NCBI GenBank assembly: GCA_016208585.1
Contig: JACQXR010000039.1
Span: 7,163-71,162, forward strand
Direction: 5' to 3'
Source of the DNA: a candidate division TA06 bacterium
GTDB lineage: Bacteria; Edwardsbacteria; AC1; EtOH8
DNA length: 64,000 nucleotides
The number at the start of each line of letters is the position of its first letter. Position 1 is the first letter of the stretch. Shown here one piece after another: positions 1 to 9,173 of this stretch. The notes beneath the pieces were generated by a model. The model was not told where the DNA came from. It saw only the letters and a list, made by a program, of their open reading frames with translations, and made no database searches. The position numbers were made by a program, and so were the translations under genes.

Positions 1-812
1 GAGTGGGCAAGACCGAACTGGCCAGAACCCTGGCCGCCTTTTTGTTTGAGGACGAAAACGCTCTGATCCGGGTGGACATGTCCGAATACATGGAAAAGCA
101 CGCGGTCTCCCGGATAATGGGCGCTCCTCCGGGGTACGTGGGCTACGAGGAGGGCGGACAGCTTACCGAGAAGGTAAGGCGCCGCCCTTATTCGGTAATT
201 CTTTTAGACGAGATCGAGAAGGCCCACCCCGACGTCTTCAGCGTGTTGCTCCAAGTGCTGGAGGACGGCCTGCTGACCGATTCCTACGGCCGCAAGGTCA
301 GCTTCAAGAACGCGGTGGTGATCATGACCTCCAACCTGGGGGCCAGGGAGATCAAGAAGGGGGTCAGCCTGGGGTTTCAGTCCTCGGGCGACCAGCAGTC
401 CTTTGACCAGATGAAGGACAAGGTGCTGGCCGAGCTGAAAAAGACCTTCAATCCTGAATTCCTGAACCGGGTGGACGAAACCGTGGTGTTCCGCTCTTTG
501 GGCAAGCCGGAGATGGAGCAGATCGTGGAGATCCTGACCGGGCAGTTGTCCCAAAGGCTGGCCGAAAAGGACATCAAGATCAAACTGAGCCCCGAGGCCA
601 AGCAGCTTTTGGCGGACCAAGGGTTCGATCCTTTCTACGGGGCCCGGCCGGTCAAACGGACCATCCAGAGATTAGTGGAAGACCCCCTTTCGGAGGAGAT
701 CCTGAAGGGCGCGGTCAAGCCCGGGGATACGGTGGAGGTGGAGGCCAAAGACGAGGCCATCCAGTTCAAGGCGGCCAGGAGCAAGGCAGTGAGCGGAAAG
801 AAAAAATCCTGA
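1..812 (+). CDS. Clp/Hsp100 AAA+ ATPase (ClpC/ClpB family), C-terminal D2 domain fragment. The 5' end lies outside the window.
   Basis: Translation begins inside a Walker-A motif (GVGKTELARTLA). It carries the sensor/arginine-finger region (RPYSVILLDEIEKAHPDVFSVLLQVLEDG...GARP.KR) typical of the ClpA/B/C D2 small domain. Confidence 0.85.
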   Translation, partial: VGKTELARTLAAFLFEDENALIRVDMSEYMEKHAVSRIMGAPPGYVGYEEGGQLTEKVRRRPYSVILLDEIEKAHPDVFSVLLQVLEDGLLTDSYGRKVSFKNAVVIMTSNLGAREIKKGVSLGFQSSGDQQSFDQMKDKVLAELKKTFNPEFLNRVDETVVFRSLGKPEMEQIVEILTGQLSQRLAEKDIKIKLSPEAKQLLADQGFDPFYGARPVKRTIQRLVEDPLSEEILKGAVKPGDTVEVEAKDEAIQFKAARSKAVSGKKKS

Positions 813-933
813 CGGCATAAATATATTGTTTACGTGGCTTGCAACATTTTATGAATTTTTAATACCCCGCCCGCTTGCGGCGGGGCAATTCATTGTTAGC
901 CAAGAATACGGTGATTTAGAGTATAGCAAATGA

Positions 934-1058
934 CGCTCCTCGCAGCAAGCTGCGAGGTATCGATCGTGTAGATACCATCTGTATGAAAACCTGCGGTTTT
1001 CATACTTTCCCTTTGGGGTAACCCCGAAGCGAGCTTCGAGGAATTTTTTCGATTAAAT
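934..1058. repeat. About 125-bp three-hairpin repeat element (family 1, copy A). An inverted copy lies at 7413-7533.
   Basis: Contains the hairpins cctcgcagc-aa-gctgcgagg, atgaaaacc-tgc-ggttttcat and ccccgaagc-g-agcttcgagg. Its reverse complement aligns almost base for base with 7413-7533. Confidence 0.7.
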
Positions 1059-1069
1059 GATGCACCTGT

Positions 1070-1870
1070 ATGAATCCCGAAATACTTAAATATCAGATAG
1101 GTACTATCGACACCCACCTCCACAGCCGGATCTCCTGCGATTCCGAGATGGGGATGCAGGCCGCCTGCCGCCAGGCCCTGAAGCTGGGCCTGAAGGCCCT
1201 GGTCTTTACCGAGCACGCGGACTTCGACCCCTCCGATCAGGGATATAATTTTTACGACGACCGGAAGTATAATGAAGATCTGGCCGAGGCCCAGGTGGCT
1301 ATGGGCCGATCGCTGAAGATCTACCAAGGCATTGAGATCACCTACCAGCCCCAGTACCGGCAGAAGATACTTGACTTCATCCACCAACACCAGTTCGACT
1401 TTACCATCGGCTCGGTGCATAAGGTGGGGGAGGACGATGTTTCCTGGCCCGAGCTGGCCAAAAAATATTATGGCTTGATGGAAGAGGAACAGGCCTACGG
1501 CGAGTATTTCCAAGAAGTGGAGAAACTGATAGATAGCCGGCTGTTCGACTGCCTGGGCCACCTGGACCTTTGCAAAAGGTACGGCCACCTGCATTACGGC
1601 CCGCTGATATACAGAAAATACGAGAAGAGCTATAAAAAGCTGTTGAAACGGCTGATCCAGTTGGACATGATGCTGGAGATAAATACCTCGGGCCTGCGCC
1701 GGCAGATCCGGGAGACTTTCCCTCCTTATCCGGCGGTGCTGGAATACCTGAAGATGGGCGGGACCAGGCTGATCTTGGGCAGCGACGCCCACCGCATTCA
1801 GGATATCGGCCAGGACTTCGAAAAAGTGCTCCAGGACCTACCCCAACTCAACAAGATAAAGCGCAAGTGA
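1070..1870 (+). CDS. PHP-domain phosphoesterase (histidinol-phosphatase HisJ family).
   Basis: N-terminal metal-binding motif IDTHLHS and the EHADFD motif are both present. The size is ~266 aa. Confidence 0.65.
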   Translation: MNPEILKYQIGTIDTHLHSRISCDSEMGMQAACRQALKLGLKALVFTEHADFDPSDQGYNFYDDRKYNEDLAEAQVAMGRSLKIYQGIEITYQPQYRQKILDFIHQHQFDFTIGSVHKVGEDDVSWPELAKKYYGLMEEEQAYGEYFQEVEKLIDSRLFDCLGHLDLCKRYGHLHYGPLIYRKYEKSYKKLLKRLIQLDMMLEINTSGLRRQIRETFPPYPAVLEYLKMGGTRLILGSDAHRIQDIGQDFEKVLQDLPQLNKIKRK

Positions 1871-2658
1871 AAATCGCCCTGACCATCGCCGGCTCCGACA
1901 GCGGGGCCGGGGCCGGGATCCAGGCCGACCTCAAGACCTTCGCCGCCTGCGGGGTCTACGGCATCAACGTCATTACCGCGTTGACCGCCCAGAACACCCA
2001 GGGCGTCTTCGGGATATTTCCGGTCAAGCCCGAATTCATCAGCCGGCAACTGGAGGTCCTGTTGAAGGACATGGGCTGCCAGGCCGCCAAGACGGGGATG
2101 CTTTTCAACCGCCAGGTGATCGAGGCCGTGGCCCACGACATCCGCAAGCACAAAATAGAACCCTTGGTGGTGGATCCGGTGATGGTGGCCAAAGGCGGGC
2201 ATTCGTTGCTGCAGCCCGAGGCCGAAGCGGCCATAGTGTCCTGTCTTTTCCCCCTGGCCTTTCTGGTGACCCCGAACTTGGATGAGGCCAAGCGGATCGC
2301 CAAGATGAAAGCTATCGCCGGCATAGACCAGATGAAAGAGGCGGCCTTCAAGATCTCGGTGCTGGGGCCGCGCCAGGTGCTGATCAAGGGCGGGCACCTG
2401 CCGGGCAGCGCCACCGACCTTCTGTTCGACGGAAAAAAGTTTACCGTGCTGGAAGCGCCGCGCAGCCATACTTCCAACAACCACGGCACCGGCTGCACCT
2501 ATTCGGCGGCCATCACCGCCTTCCTGGCCCGGGGCGAAAAGATCGACAGCGCCGTGGCCAAGGCCAAGCGCTATGTGACCGGAGGAATTCAGCATTCGCT
2601 TTCCATCGGCCACGGCCATGGTCCGCTGGACCATTTCTGGGAGATGGAGAAAAAGTAG
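1867..2658 (+). CDS. thiD: Hydroxymethylpyrimidine/phosphomethylpyrimidine kinase.
   Basis: N-terminus [25 protein letters not shown] matches the ThiD/PdxK ribokinase fold. The GTGC motif is present near the C-terminus. There is a 4-nt overlap with the upstream gene. Confidence 0.85.
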   Translation: MKIALTIAGSDSGAGAGIQADLKTFAACGVYGINVITALTAQNTQGVFGIFPVKPEFISRQLEVLLKDMGCQAAKTGMLFNRQVIEAVAHDIRKHKIEPLVVDPVMVAKGGHSLLQPEAEAAIVSCLFPLAFLVTPNLDEAKRIAKMKAIAGIDQMKEAAFKISVLGPRQVLIKGGHLPGSATDLLFDGKKFTVLEAPRSHTSNNHGTGCTYSAAITAFLARGEKIDSAVAKAKRYVTGGIQHSLSIGHGHGPLDHFWEMEKK

Positions 2659-2765
2659 ATCTTGATTTGTCGGCGTCTCCGGATGCTATTCCTTTGAACA
2701 GGTTTGGGGATCGCTCGTTGACGCTAAAACGTAATACCAATTCATAATCTAAAAAGGGCATTTAA

Positions 2766-4703
2766 ATGTTGTTGTCTTTATTGGAAATAAAAAACGGCGA
2801 ATCGGGTCGCATAGAAAACATCTTCGGTGGCCCCGGTCTCCAGGCCAGGCTGGAGAGACTGGGGCTGCATGCCGGGCTGAAAATAACCAAGGTCTCCGAC
2901 TTCGGACCGGTGGTGGTGTCATCGGACAATGGACAGGCGGCCATAGGAAGGGGAATGGCCGGTCATATCAAAGTGATGGTCGACGATTTTAAGGTGCTGC
3001 TATTCGGCAATCCCAACGTGGGGAAGAGCGTGGTATTTTCTAGGCTGACCGGCCTGGGCGCCGTTTCTTCCAATTATGCAGGAACCACGGTGGAGTTTTC
3101 AAAAGGGGCCATTTGGGCCGAAGGCAAAAGGATGGAGCTGATAGATGTGCCAGGGGCCTATACTTTGGAGGCCACTTGCGCCGCCGAGAAGGTGGCCAGC
3201 GATTTCTGCTCCCGGGACCAGGCCGACCTTATTGTTAATGTGGTCGATGCCAATAACCTGGAGCGTAACCTTTATTTGACCCTGCAACTGCTGGAAAAGA
3301 AAATACCTATGATGGTGGTCCTCAACAAATGGGATATCGCCCGCCGCAAGGGCATCAATATCAACTGCGACGAGCTAGCCAAACGGCTGGGAGTGAAAGT
3401 CATTCCGGTGGTGGCCGTGACCGGCCAGGGATTGCGGGAACTGATGTCAGCCGTGGCCGCCGCCGGCCGGGAGGCAATAACCCCGCCCGTTTTCAAGCCC
3501 ATCGATCATCAGGAGCGTTGGCATATCATCGGGCATATCAGCCAGGAGGTGCAGCGAATCACCCACAAGCACCCCAGCCCGCTGGAGAAACTGGAGGACG
3601 CAAGCGTCCGGCCTCTCTCCGGGGTGCCGATCGCGCTGGCGGTGATGGTGTTTTCCTTTACGGTCATAAGATTTCTGGGCGAGGGCCTGATAAAATACCT
3701 GATGGACCCCTTCTTTAAAAACGTCTATGGCCCGGTGGTGCACAAGTTGGTTTCTTTTATTCCCTGGCCGGTGCTCCGCCACTTGCTGGCCGGTCGGACC
3801 CCGGAGTTTATGGAATCGTTCGGGGCTTTAACTACTGGGGTTTATATTCCCATGGCCATCGTTCTGCCGTATATTATAACATTCTATCTGGTGTTGGGTT
3901 TTCTGGAGGACATCGGATATCTGCCGCGCCTGGCGGTACTGCTGGACCGGACCATGCACCGGCTGGGGCTTCACGGCTATGCTGCTCTGCCGTTAGTTTT
4001 GAGCTGCGGCTGCAAAGTGCCCGGAGTACTAGCCTTGAGGGTGCTAGAATCGCGGCGGGAGAAGATATTGGCCCTGACCCTCTTATTAATGGCTGCCCCC
4101 TGCCTGCCTCAGTCGGCCATGATCGTATCCCTGTTATCTAACTTCGGGATGGGCTACGTCCTTATGGTTTTCGGCATTTTGATCCTGGTGGCAGTGATCA
4201 ACAGCTTATTCCTGAACCGCATCCTCAAGGGGCAGTCCCCCGAAATCATAATGGAGATACCTTCCTACCAGATACCCCACGCCGGAACACTTTTCCGGAA
4301 AACCTGGCTGCGCGTCAAGAGCTTTTTGCAGGAGGCCACCCCGCTGATAGCGCTGGGGGTGCTGGCGGTAAATATCCTGGAGATGCTGGGAGTGATAAGA
4401 TTGCTGGGCCGTCTGGCCAGACCTCTGGTGGTAAACGTCTTAGGCCTGCCCAGTGAGGCGATAAGCGTCATCCTCTTCGGGTTCCTGCGCAAGGATATCT
4501 CCATTGCTTTGTTAGAGCCTCTCAATCTCTCTCCCAAACAGGCGGTAATAGCCTCGGTGTTCCTGGTGCTGTACCTGCCATGCCTGGCTACATTTTTTGT
4601 GGCCTTCAGAGAGATCGGATGGAAGGGAATTGTGCGGGTGCTGGCTTTGACCTTTAGTTGGGCGGTAGCGGTGGGATTTCTTATTAATATGCTTTGGATT
4701 TAG
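2766..4703 (+). CDS. feoB: Ferrous iron transporter, a FeoA-FeoB fusion.
   Basis: The N-terminal ~75 aa form a FeoA SH3-like domain (IKNGESGRI...GLKITKV). This is followed by a FeoB G-domain (LLFGNPNVGKSVVFSRLTG) and a polytopic membrane domain. Confidence 0.85.
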   Translation: MLLSLLEIKNGESGRIENIFGGPGLQARLERLGLHAGLKITKVSDFGPVVVSSDNGQAAIGRGMAGHIKVMVDDFKVLLFGNPNVGKSVVFSRLTGLGAVSSNYAGTTVEFSKGAIWAEGKRMELIDVPGAYTLEATCAAEKVASDFCSRDQADLIVNVVDANNLERNLYLTLQLLEKKIPMMVVLNKWDIARRKGININCDELAKRLGVKVIPVVAVTGQGLRELMSAVAAAGREAITPPVFKPIDHQERWHIIGHISQEVQRITHKHPSPLEKLEDASVRPLSGVPIALAVMVFSFTVIRFLGEGLIKYLMDPFFKNVYGPVVHKLVSFIPWPVLRHLLAGRTPEFMESFGALTTGVYIPMAIVLPYIITFYLVLGFLEDIGYLPRLAVLLDRTMHRLGLHGYAALPLVLSCGCKVPGVLALRVLESRREKILALTLLLMAAPCLPQSAMIVSLLSNFGMGYVLMVFGILILVAVINSLFLNRILKGQSPEIIMEIPSYQIPHAGTLFRKTWLRVKSFLQEATPLIALGVLAVNILEMLGVIRLLGRLARPLVVNVLGLPSEAISVILFGFLRKDISIALLEPLNLSPKQAVIASVFLVLYLPCLATFFVAFREIGWKGIVRVLALTFSWAVAVGFLINMLWI

Positions 4704-4712
4704 ACAATGAGG

Positions 4713-4950
4713 CAGCCTTTAGAGTGGAGTGCGTCAAGGAGGTGGCTTTGATACGCCGCCACAGGCGGTCACTCAGCAGCCTTTAGTGTGGAGTGTGTCA
4801 AGGAGGTGGTTTCGATACGCCGCCACAGGCGGTCACTCAGCAGCCTTTAGTGTGGAGTGTGTCAAGGAGGTGGCTTCGATACGCCGCCACAGGCGGTTAC
4901 TCAGCCACCACGCAGTTTCAGGCCGGGGGCTGAGCAGGCCGTAGGTGGCC
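4713..4950. repeat. Three tandem 64-bp direct repeats followed by a terminal hairpin, immediately upstream of the GIY-YIG gene.
   Basis: The unit cagcctttagtgtggagtgtgtcaaggaggtggyttcgatacgccgccacaggcggtcactcag occurs three times head to tail. The array ends in ccaccacgcagtttcaggccgggggctgagcaggccgtaggtggcc. Confidence 0.8.
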
Positions 4951-4996
4951 TTATCTAATCCCCAACTTTGAGCAGTTAATAAAAAAGGGAATCCAG

Positions 4997-5287
4997 ATGC
5001 CTTACATGTATATTCTGGAATGTTCTGATGGCAGCTATTATACGGGCAGCACAGTATCATTGGAAAAGCGCTTAAGGGAACACCAGAATGGCTTGGGTGC
5101 AAACCATACTAAAAAACGGTTGCCGGTAAAATTGGTTTATTATGAGGAATACCAAAGGATAGTCACCGCCTTTTACCGGGAAAAACAGGTCCAGGGATGG
5201 ACCCGGGCAAAGAAAATTGCCTTGATAAAAAACACTATTGGGGAATTGCCGAAATTGGCTAAAAAGATATTCAGGAAGAAGATCTAA
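4997..5287 (+). CDS. GIY-YIG nuclease family protein (UPF0213/YhbQ-like, 96 aa).
   Basis: YMYILECSDGSYYTGST...R..EH and the QVQGWTR motif are present. An RBS (aaaaaaggga) lies upstream. Confidence 0.7.
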   Translation: MPYMYILECSDGSYYTGSTVSLEKRLREHQNGLGANHTKKRLPVKLVYYEEYQRIVTAFYREKQVQGWTRAKKIALIKNTIGELPKLAKKIFRKKI

Positions 5288-5290
5288 TCG

Positions 5291-5385
5291 GGTGGCTTCG
5301 ATACAACCGCCACAGGCGGTCACTCAGCCACCACTCAGTATCCTGCCGGGGGCTGAGTAGGCCGTAAGGACGTATCGAAGCCCCC
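5291..5385. repeat. Partial copy of the 64-bp unit plus terminal hairpin, downstream of the GIY-YIG gene.
   Basis: The sequence ggtggcttcgatac..ccgccacaggcggtcactcagccaccac..ccgggggctgagtaggccgtaagg..gtatcgaagcc repeats the right half of the upstream array. It can fold as a long hairpin (gcttcgatac/gtatcgaagc). Confidence 0.75.
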
Positions 5386-5434
5386 AGGCCCAGGCAGTTT
5401 CATAATCAACGCATCTTTTCAAACTTCCCAACCC

Positions 5435-7315
5435 ATGCCATTTCTCTCCTTTGCCAATCCCGCCGGACTTTTGTTCCTGCCCCTGGCCGGGCTGCCGCTT
5501 TTGATCCATCTTTTCAGAAGACGGCGGGCCGGCGTGATCCCGTTCCCAGACATCCGTCTGCTGCAGCAGATCCAGAACGCCGCCTTAAGGCCCAGCCGGA
5601 TCAAAGAGTACCTGCTGCTGGCGGTCCGCACGTTGGTCATCCTTTTGCTGGCCCTGGTCCTGGCCCGTCCTGCAGTCAACCTGACCTTGCCGGGCTGGCT
5701 TTCCGGGGCTTCGCAGACCTGCGTCATCATTATGGACAATTCGGATAGCATGGCGGCCATCAGTCAGGATACCACGTTGCTGGACCGGGCCAAACAGAGC
5801 GCCCGGCAAGTTTTAAAAGCGCTGGGGCCCAACGCCCGGACGGCGGTGGTTTCGGCCGTTACGTGCAGCCCGGTGGTCTGCGGGCTGGCTTCCGCCGCCA
5901 CGGTCGAACGCGCGGTAACCGCGCTGCCCCAGACCGAACTCGGCACTGACCTGGAAGGCTCGATCCAGACTGCGGCCAGGATACTTGAAACCGCAGGGGT
6001 CTCCGGCGGAAGGATCATTATTTTTTCCGACCTGCAAAAAACGGCTTTCGGCCCCAAACTCTCCCCTCTTAATAAACTGCCCGGCGATCGGCCGGTCACG
6101 GTCTATCAGATAAAACCTTTCCGGCCTTTGAACAACCTGATCTGGCAGAAGGTTCAGGTCAAACCCTTGATCAATAAAATAATCGTCCAGGCCATGGTCC
6201 AGGGAGAACGCCTGCCCCAAATCGGCTTGGCGGCCAGGGGCAAAACCATTTATCAGACAAACTCCCGGCCCGGCCAGAACGGGATGATCACTTTAAGCTT
6301 CGGGCTGCCGGACCGTGATTCGCTTTACCTTTTTACCGCCGGCGACGATTTGCCGCTGGACGACAAATATTATCTGGCTTCGGTCGATAAAACAAAAAAA
6401 AATATCCTGCTGATCTCGGACGGGCCTGGCGGCGGGCCGGATTATCTTTATCAGGCCTTTGCGGTCATGGGTCAGGCCGGTTATTCGACAAAAAGAGTAA
6501 ATACATGGGAACATCAGTATTCTAAGGGCTTTGATCTGGCCGTCATCGCCAAAGCCTCAATAGATAAGGAAATACAGGCCGGAGCATTAAAATTATTGCA
6601 TAACGGCGCGGGTTTGCTGATGGCGCCTCCAGTCAATTCCGACCGGGATCAGTACCAGGAACTGTTGAAACAGTTTTCCGACATCACCCTTTCGGGCCTG
6701 GCCGATTCTTTACCTCATAATATCTACCGCCTGAACCGCTCCGGGAATGGAGAAGATATCTTGAGCGATCTAAGCCCGGCCGACCTTGAGGGGGTCAGAA
6801 TAAAAACGTATTGGAAAGCTTTTACCCGGCAAAATGCCGAACTGACGATCAACCGATCAGACCCGGTACTGATCTTCGGCTCCGGCCCAAAATTAAAAAC
6901 GGCCGTTCTTTTGGCCGGCGGTCAGCCCGGGTTTGGCGACCTGGTTTTTAAGCCGGCCTTTCTGGTGATGCTCTTGCAGACCGCCGACCGCCTGACCCGA
7001 AAATCCGCCCGGCAATCGGCAACCGGACCAGATGAAACCAACTCCGGCGGAAACTCAGAAATAAGGCAAAAATCCGGCTGGGGCCGAATAAACGGGGGAG
7101 TATCCAGAGCGGTAAACATTGCCGCGGCGGAGTCCGATCTGACGCCAGCTTCAGGTGCGGAGCTTAAAAATATCCTCCAAAATATTTCATGGAATCCCGC
7201 AGGATCAGGTTCCGGAGCGTTTTCCGGGCAAAGTCCGGCTTCAGGGCTATTTCTGTTTTTTGCCGGGCTGATGCTCTTATTGGAGATGATCATCCGGGCC
7301 GCTTCCAAAAAGTAA
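5435..7315 (+). CDS. Membrane protein with a BatA-type N-terminal double-TM domain, a vWA (MIDAS DxSxS) domain and a C-terminal TM segment.
   Basis: N-terminus MPFLSFANPAGLLFLPLAGLPLLIHLFRRRR matches the TIGR02226-like double-TM motif. IIMDNSDSM is a MIDAS-like motif. The C-terminus is hydrophobic (LFLFFAGLMLLLEMII). Confidence 0.55.
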   Translation: MPFLSFANPAGLLFLPLAGLPLLIHLFRRRRAGVIPFPDIRLLQQIQNAALRPSRIKEYLLLAVRTLVILLLALVLARPAVNLTLPGWLSGASQTCVIIMDNSDSMAAISQDTTLLDRAKQSARQVLKALGPNARTAVVSAVTCSPVVCGLASAATVERAVTALPQTELGTDLEGSIQTAARILETAGVSGGRIIIFSDLQKTAFGPKLSPLNKLPGDRPVTVYQIKPFRPLNNLIWQKVQVKPLINKIIVQAMVQGERLPQIGLAARGKTIYQTNSRPGQNGMITLSFGLPDRDSLYLFTAGDDLPLDDKYYLASVDKTKKNILLISDGPGGGPDYLYQAFAVMGQAGYSTKRVNTWEHQYSKGFDLAVIAKASIDKEIQAGALKLLHNGAGLLMAPPVNSDRDQYQELLKQFSDITLSGLADSLPHNIYRLNRSGNGEDILSDLSPADLEGVRIKTYWKAFTRQNAELTINRSDPVLIFGSGPKLKTAVLLAGGQPGFGDLVFKPAFLVMLLQTADRLTRKSARQSATGPDETNSGGNSEIRQKSGWGRINGGVSRAVNIAAAESDLTPASGAELKNILQNISWNPAGSGSGAFSGQSPASGLFLFFAGLMLLLEMIIRAASKK

Positions 7316-7412
7316 AAAAAAAGCAAAAAAATATTTGACAAAACGCTTTAAATGTGCTAATAATTATGCTTTTAAGGCCTAAAAGCTGATCCGGCCCGGA
7401 GTCAATTTATTG

Positions 7413-7533
7413 TTTAATCAATAATTCCTCCAAGCTTGCTTCGAGGTTTTCTTGAAAGGAAAGTATGAAAACCGTAAGGTTTTCATGCCAGATAAACTAC
7501 CTATAGATACCTCGTAGCTTGCTGCGAGGAGCT
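7413..7533. repeat. Family 1 three-hairpin repeat element, copy B (inverted relative to copy A).
   Basis: The reverse complement aligns with 934-1058 (gctcctcgcagcaagctRcgaggtatc ... atgaaaaccNNcggttttcatactttcc ... cgaagcRagcttSgaggaatt). Confidence 0.7.
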
Positions 7534-7953
7534 TCATTAAAAAATTCCGCCTCGACCATCTGCCTAAAATACGAAATAACCGAAACGGTGCATCTTAAGA
7601 ATTAAGGGTTGGCTTAAATAACTTAGCATTTTCGAGTTTATATTGCAATGAATATTAGCGAACACTCACTTTGTTAGTCAAAAAACATGTCATCAGTTTT
7701 ATTGTGTCATTCCCGCAAAGCTTGTCCTCGTGAAAACGGGGAGCGGGAATCCAGATGTTTTACTGGATGCCTGCTTTTGCAGGCATGACATGACACAACA
7801 AACATAACACGATAACCCTTTGTTGATATTGTTATCATTCAGCTTTATTGTGGTATATTATTTCCGCCTCGGTTTTAATCGCTTGCCCGGGAAAAAATAA
7901 GGCCCGGCAGATTTAAAATATATAAGCAATCATAAATTAAGGGGAGAATTTTT

Positions 7954-8979
7954 ATGGCTGGCAATAAAAGCCCTAATTTGGGCGGTATGATAATGGTGCT
8001 GGCTCTTTCGGCGTTGCTGACGGTGGGCGCGGTGTTGGGCGTGGCTTTGGCCACCTGGCCCGGAAGCGCCGCCCCGGCCAAGCCGGGCGCGGCCGATCCC
8101 AAGCTGGAGATGTTTGCCGCCACCGCCAGCCGCCTGACGGGCTTCATATTCTTTGCCTATCCCGATGAGGTCAAAGATTACCTGAGCCCGGTGTTGGCCG
8201 ATCTGAAAACAAAACTGCAGCCGGCCTTGAAATCAATCACCGTCACCGATCCCGCCGGTCTGATAGTGGGCTCGGACAAAGAAGATCAGATAGATAAAAC
8301 TTACCAGCTGCCCAAAGGGGCCATGCCCCCGGCCGGGGACAAGCTGGAGATTCAGGAGATCGCTCCGGGCCAGTTTCTGGTGGCCGTGCCCGCCATTTAC
8401 AACAACAAGATCAAGGGCGGGCTCCGGATGCTGGTGGAGCTGCCCCAGGCCAAGGCCTCCAGCGGCGGCGGCAATGGTATGGTGATAATCATCGGGCTGG
8501 CGGCCATGCTGATCGGCCTGATAATTCCCATTGCGGCCGTTCCGGCCATGACCAAACAATTGTCCGCAGTTTCGGCGGCCCCGGCCGGCGCGGGAAAAGC
8601 CCAGGCCATGAAGGCTGAAGAGTCATCCATCAATACCCGGCTGGAATCCCTGCGCCGGGAGCTGGGCAAGGCCGAAGAACTGAAGGCCGAGCAGGACCAG
8701 CTGACGGCCGAAGTGGAATCCCTGCGTAAACAGCAGTTTGAAGAGGGTTATAAGCTGGAAGGGCTGAAGAAGGAAGTGACCGAGCTGGGGGTCCAGATGG
8801 AACAGCGGCGCCAAATGTTGGAGGCCACTCCCGACGAGCGTCAGGCCCAGCTGACCCAGGAGGACCGGGACCTGATGCAGAAGATCATCAACCACAAAAA
8901 AGAAGAGCTGGCCCTGGCCCAGAAGATCCAGGATATCCGGCGCAAGGTAATGGAACTGGAAAAGCGCACCAAGGCCTGA
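7954..8979 (+). CDS. Hypothetical bitopic membrane protein with two TM segments and a long C-terminal coiled coil.
   Basis: TM1 spans aa 10-35 and TM2 aa ~165-195. The C-terminus has an E/K/Q/L-rich heptad character (ELKAEQDQLTAEVESLRKQQ...). An RBS (aaggggag) lies upstream. Confidence 0.4.
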   Translation: MAGNKSPNLGGMIMVLALSALLTVGAVLGVALATWPGSAAPAKPGAADPKLEMFAATASRLTGFIFFAYPDEVKDYLSPVLADLKTKLQPALKSITVTDPAGLIVGSDKEDQIDKTYQLPKGAMPPAGDKLEIQEIAPGQFLVAVPAIYNNKIKGGLRMLVELPQAKASSGGGNGMVIIIGLAAMLIGLIIPIAAVPAMTKQLSAVSAAPAGAGKAQAMKAEESSINTRLESLRRELGKAEELKAEQDQLTAEVESLRKQQFEEGYKLEGLKKEVTELGVQMEQRRQMLEATPDERQAQLTQEDRDLMQKIINHKKEELALAQKIQDIRRKVMELEKRTKA

Positions 8980-9012
8980 TAGCAATAAATCCGGGCAGCG
9001 GTAATTTTTAAA

Positions 9013-9046
9013 AGACGGGGCAGAATTAAAATCTCCCCGTCTTTTG
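9013..9046 (+). terminator. Rho-independent terminator.
   Basis: Sequence aaagacggggcagaattaaaatctccccgtcttttgc has a GC stem followed by a T-tract. Confidence 0.55.
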
Positions 9047-9173
9047 CTAACAGTTATTCATGCCGGGCTTATTTTTCCGGTATGACAGGATTTACATGAT
9101 TTTCCGGCCCGGCCGTTGTTAGCGGCAGCAACGCTCACTAAAATGCCGGTAAACAACAAACCACCATTATACT

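Noticed and set aside
896-1792. A 298-aa minus-strand ORF.
   Set aside because: It overlaps the PHP phosphatase gene antisense and extends across the family 1 repeat. Its Gln/Leu/Val-rich composition is typical of a shadow frame.
1798-2634. A 278-aa minus-strand ORF and a 180-aa minus-strand ORF.
   Set aside because: They lie antisense to thiD, which has unmistakable ThiD motifs on the plus strand.
3329-3782. ORFs of 129 and 111 aa inside feoB.
   Set aside because: They are alternative-frame or antisense ORFs within a well-supported FeoB membrane domain.
4713-4950. Considered whether the 64-bp tandem repeats form a CRISPR array.
   Set aside because: The units are contiguous with no unique spacers, there are only three copies, and no cas genes are nearby. 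This is a plain tandem repeat with a structured terminus.
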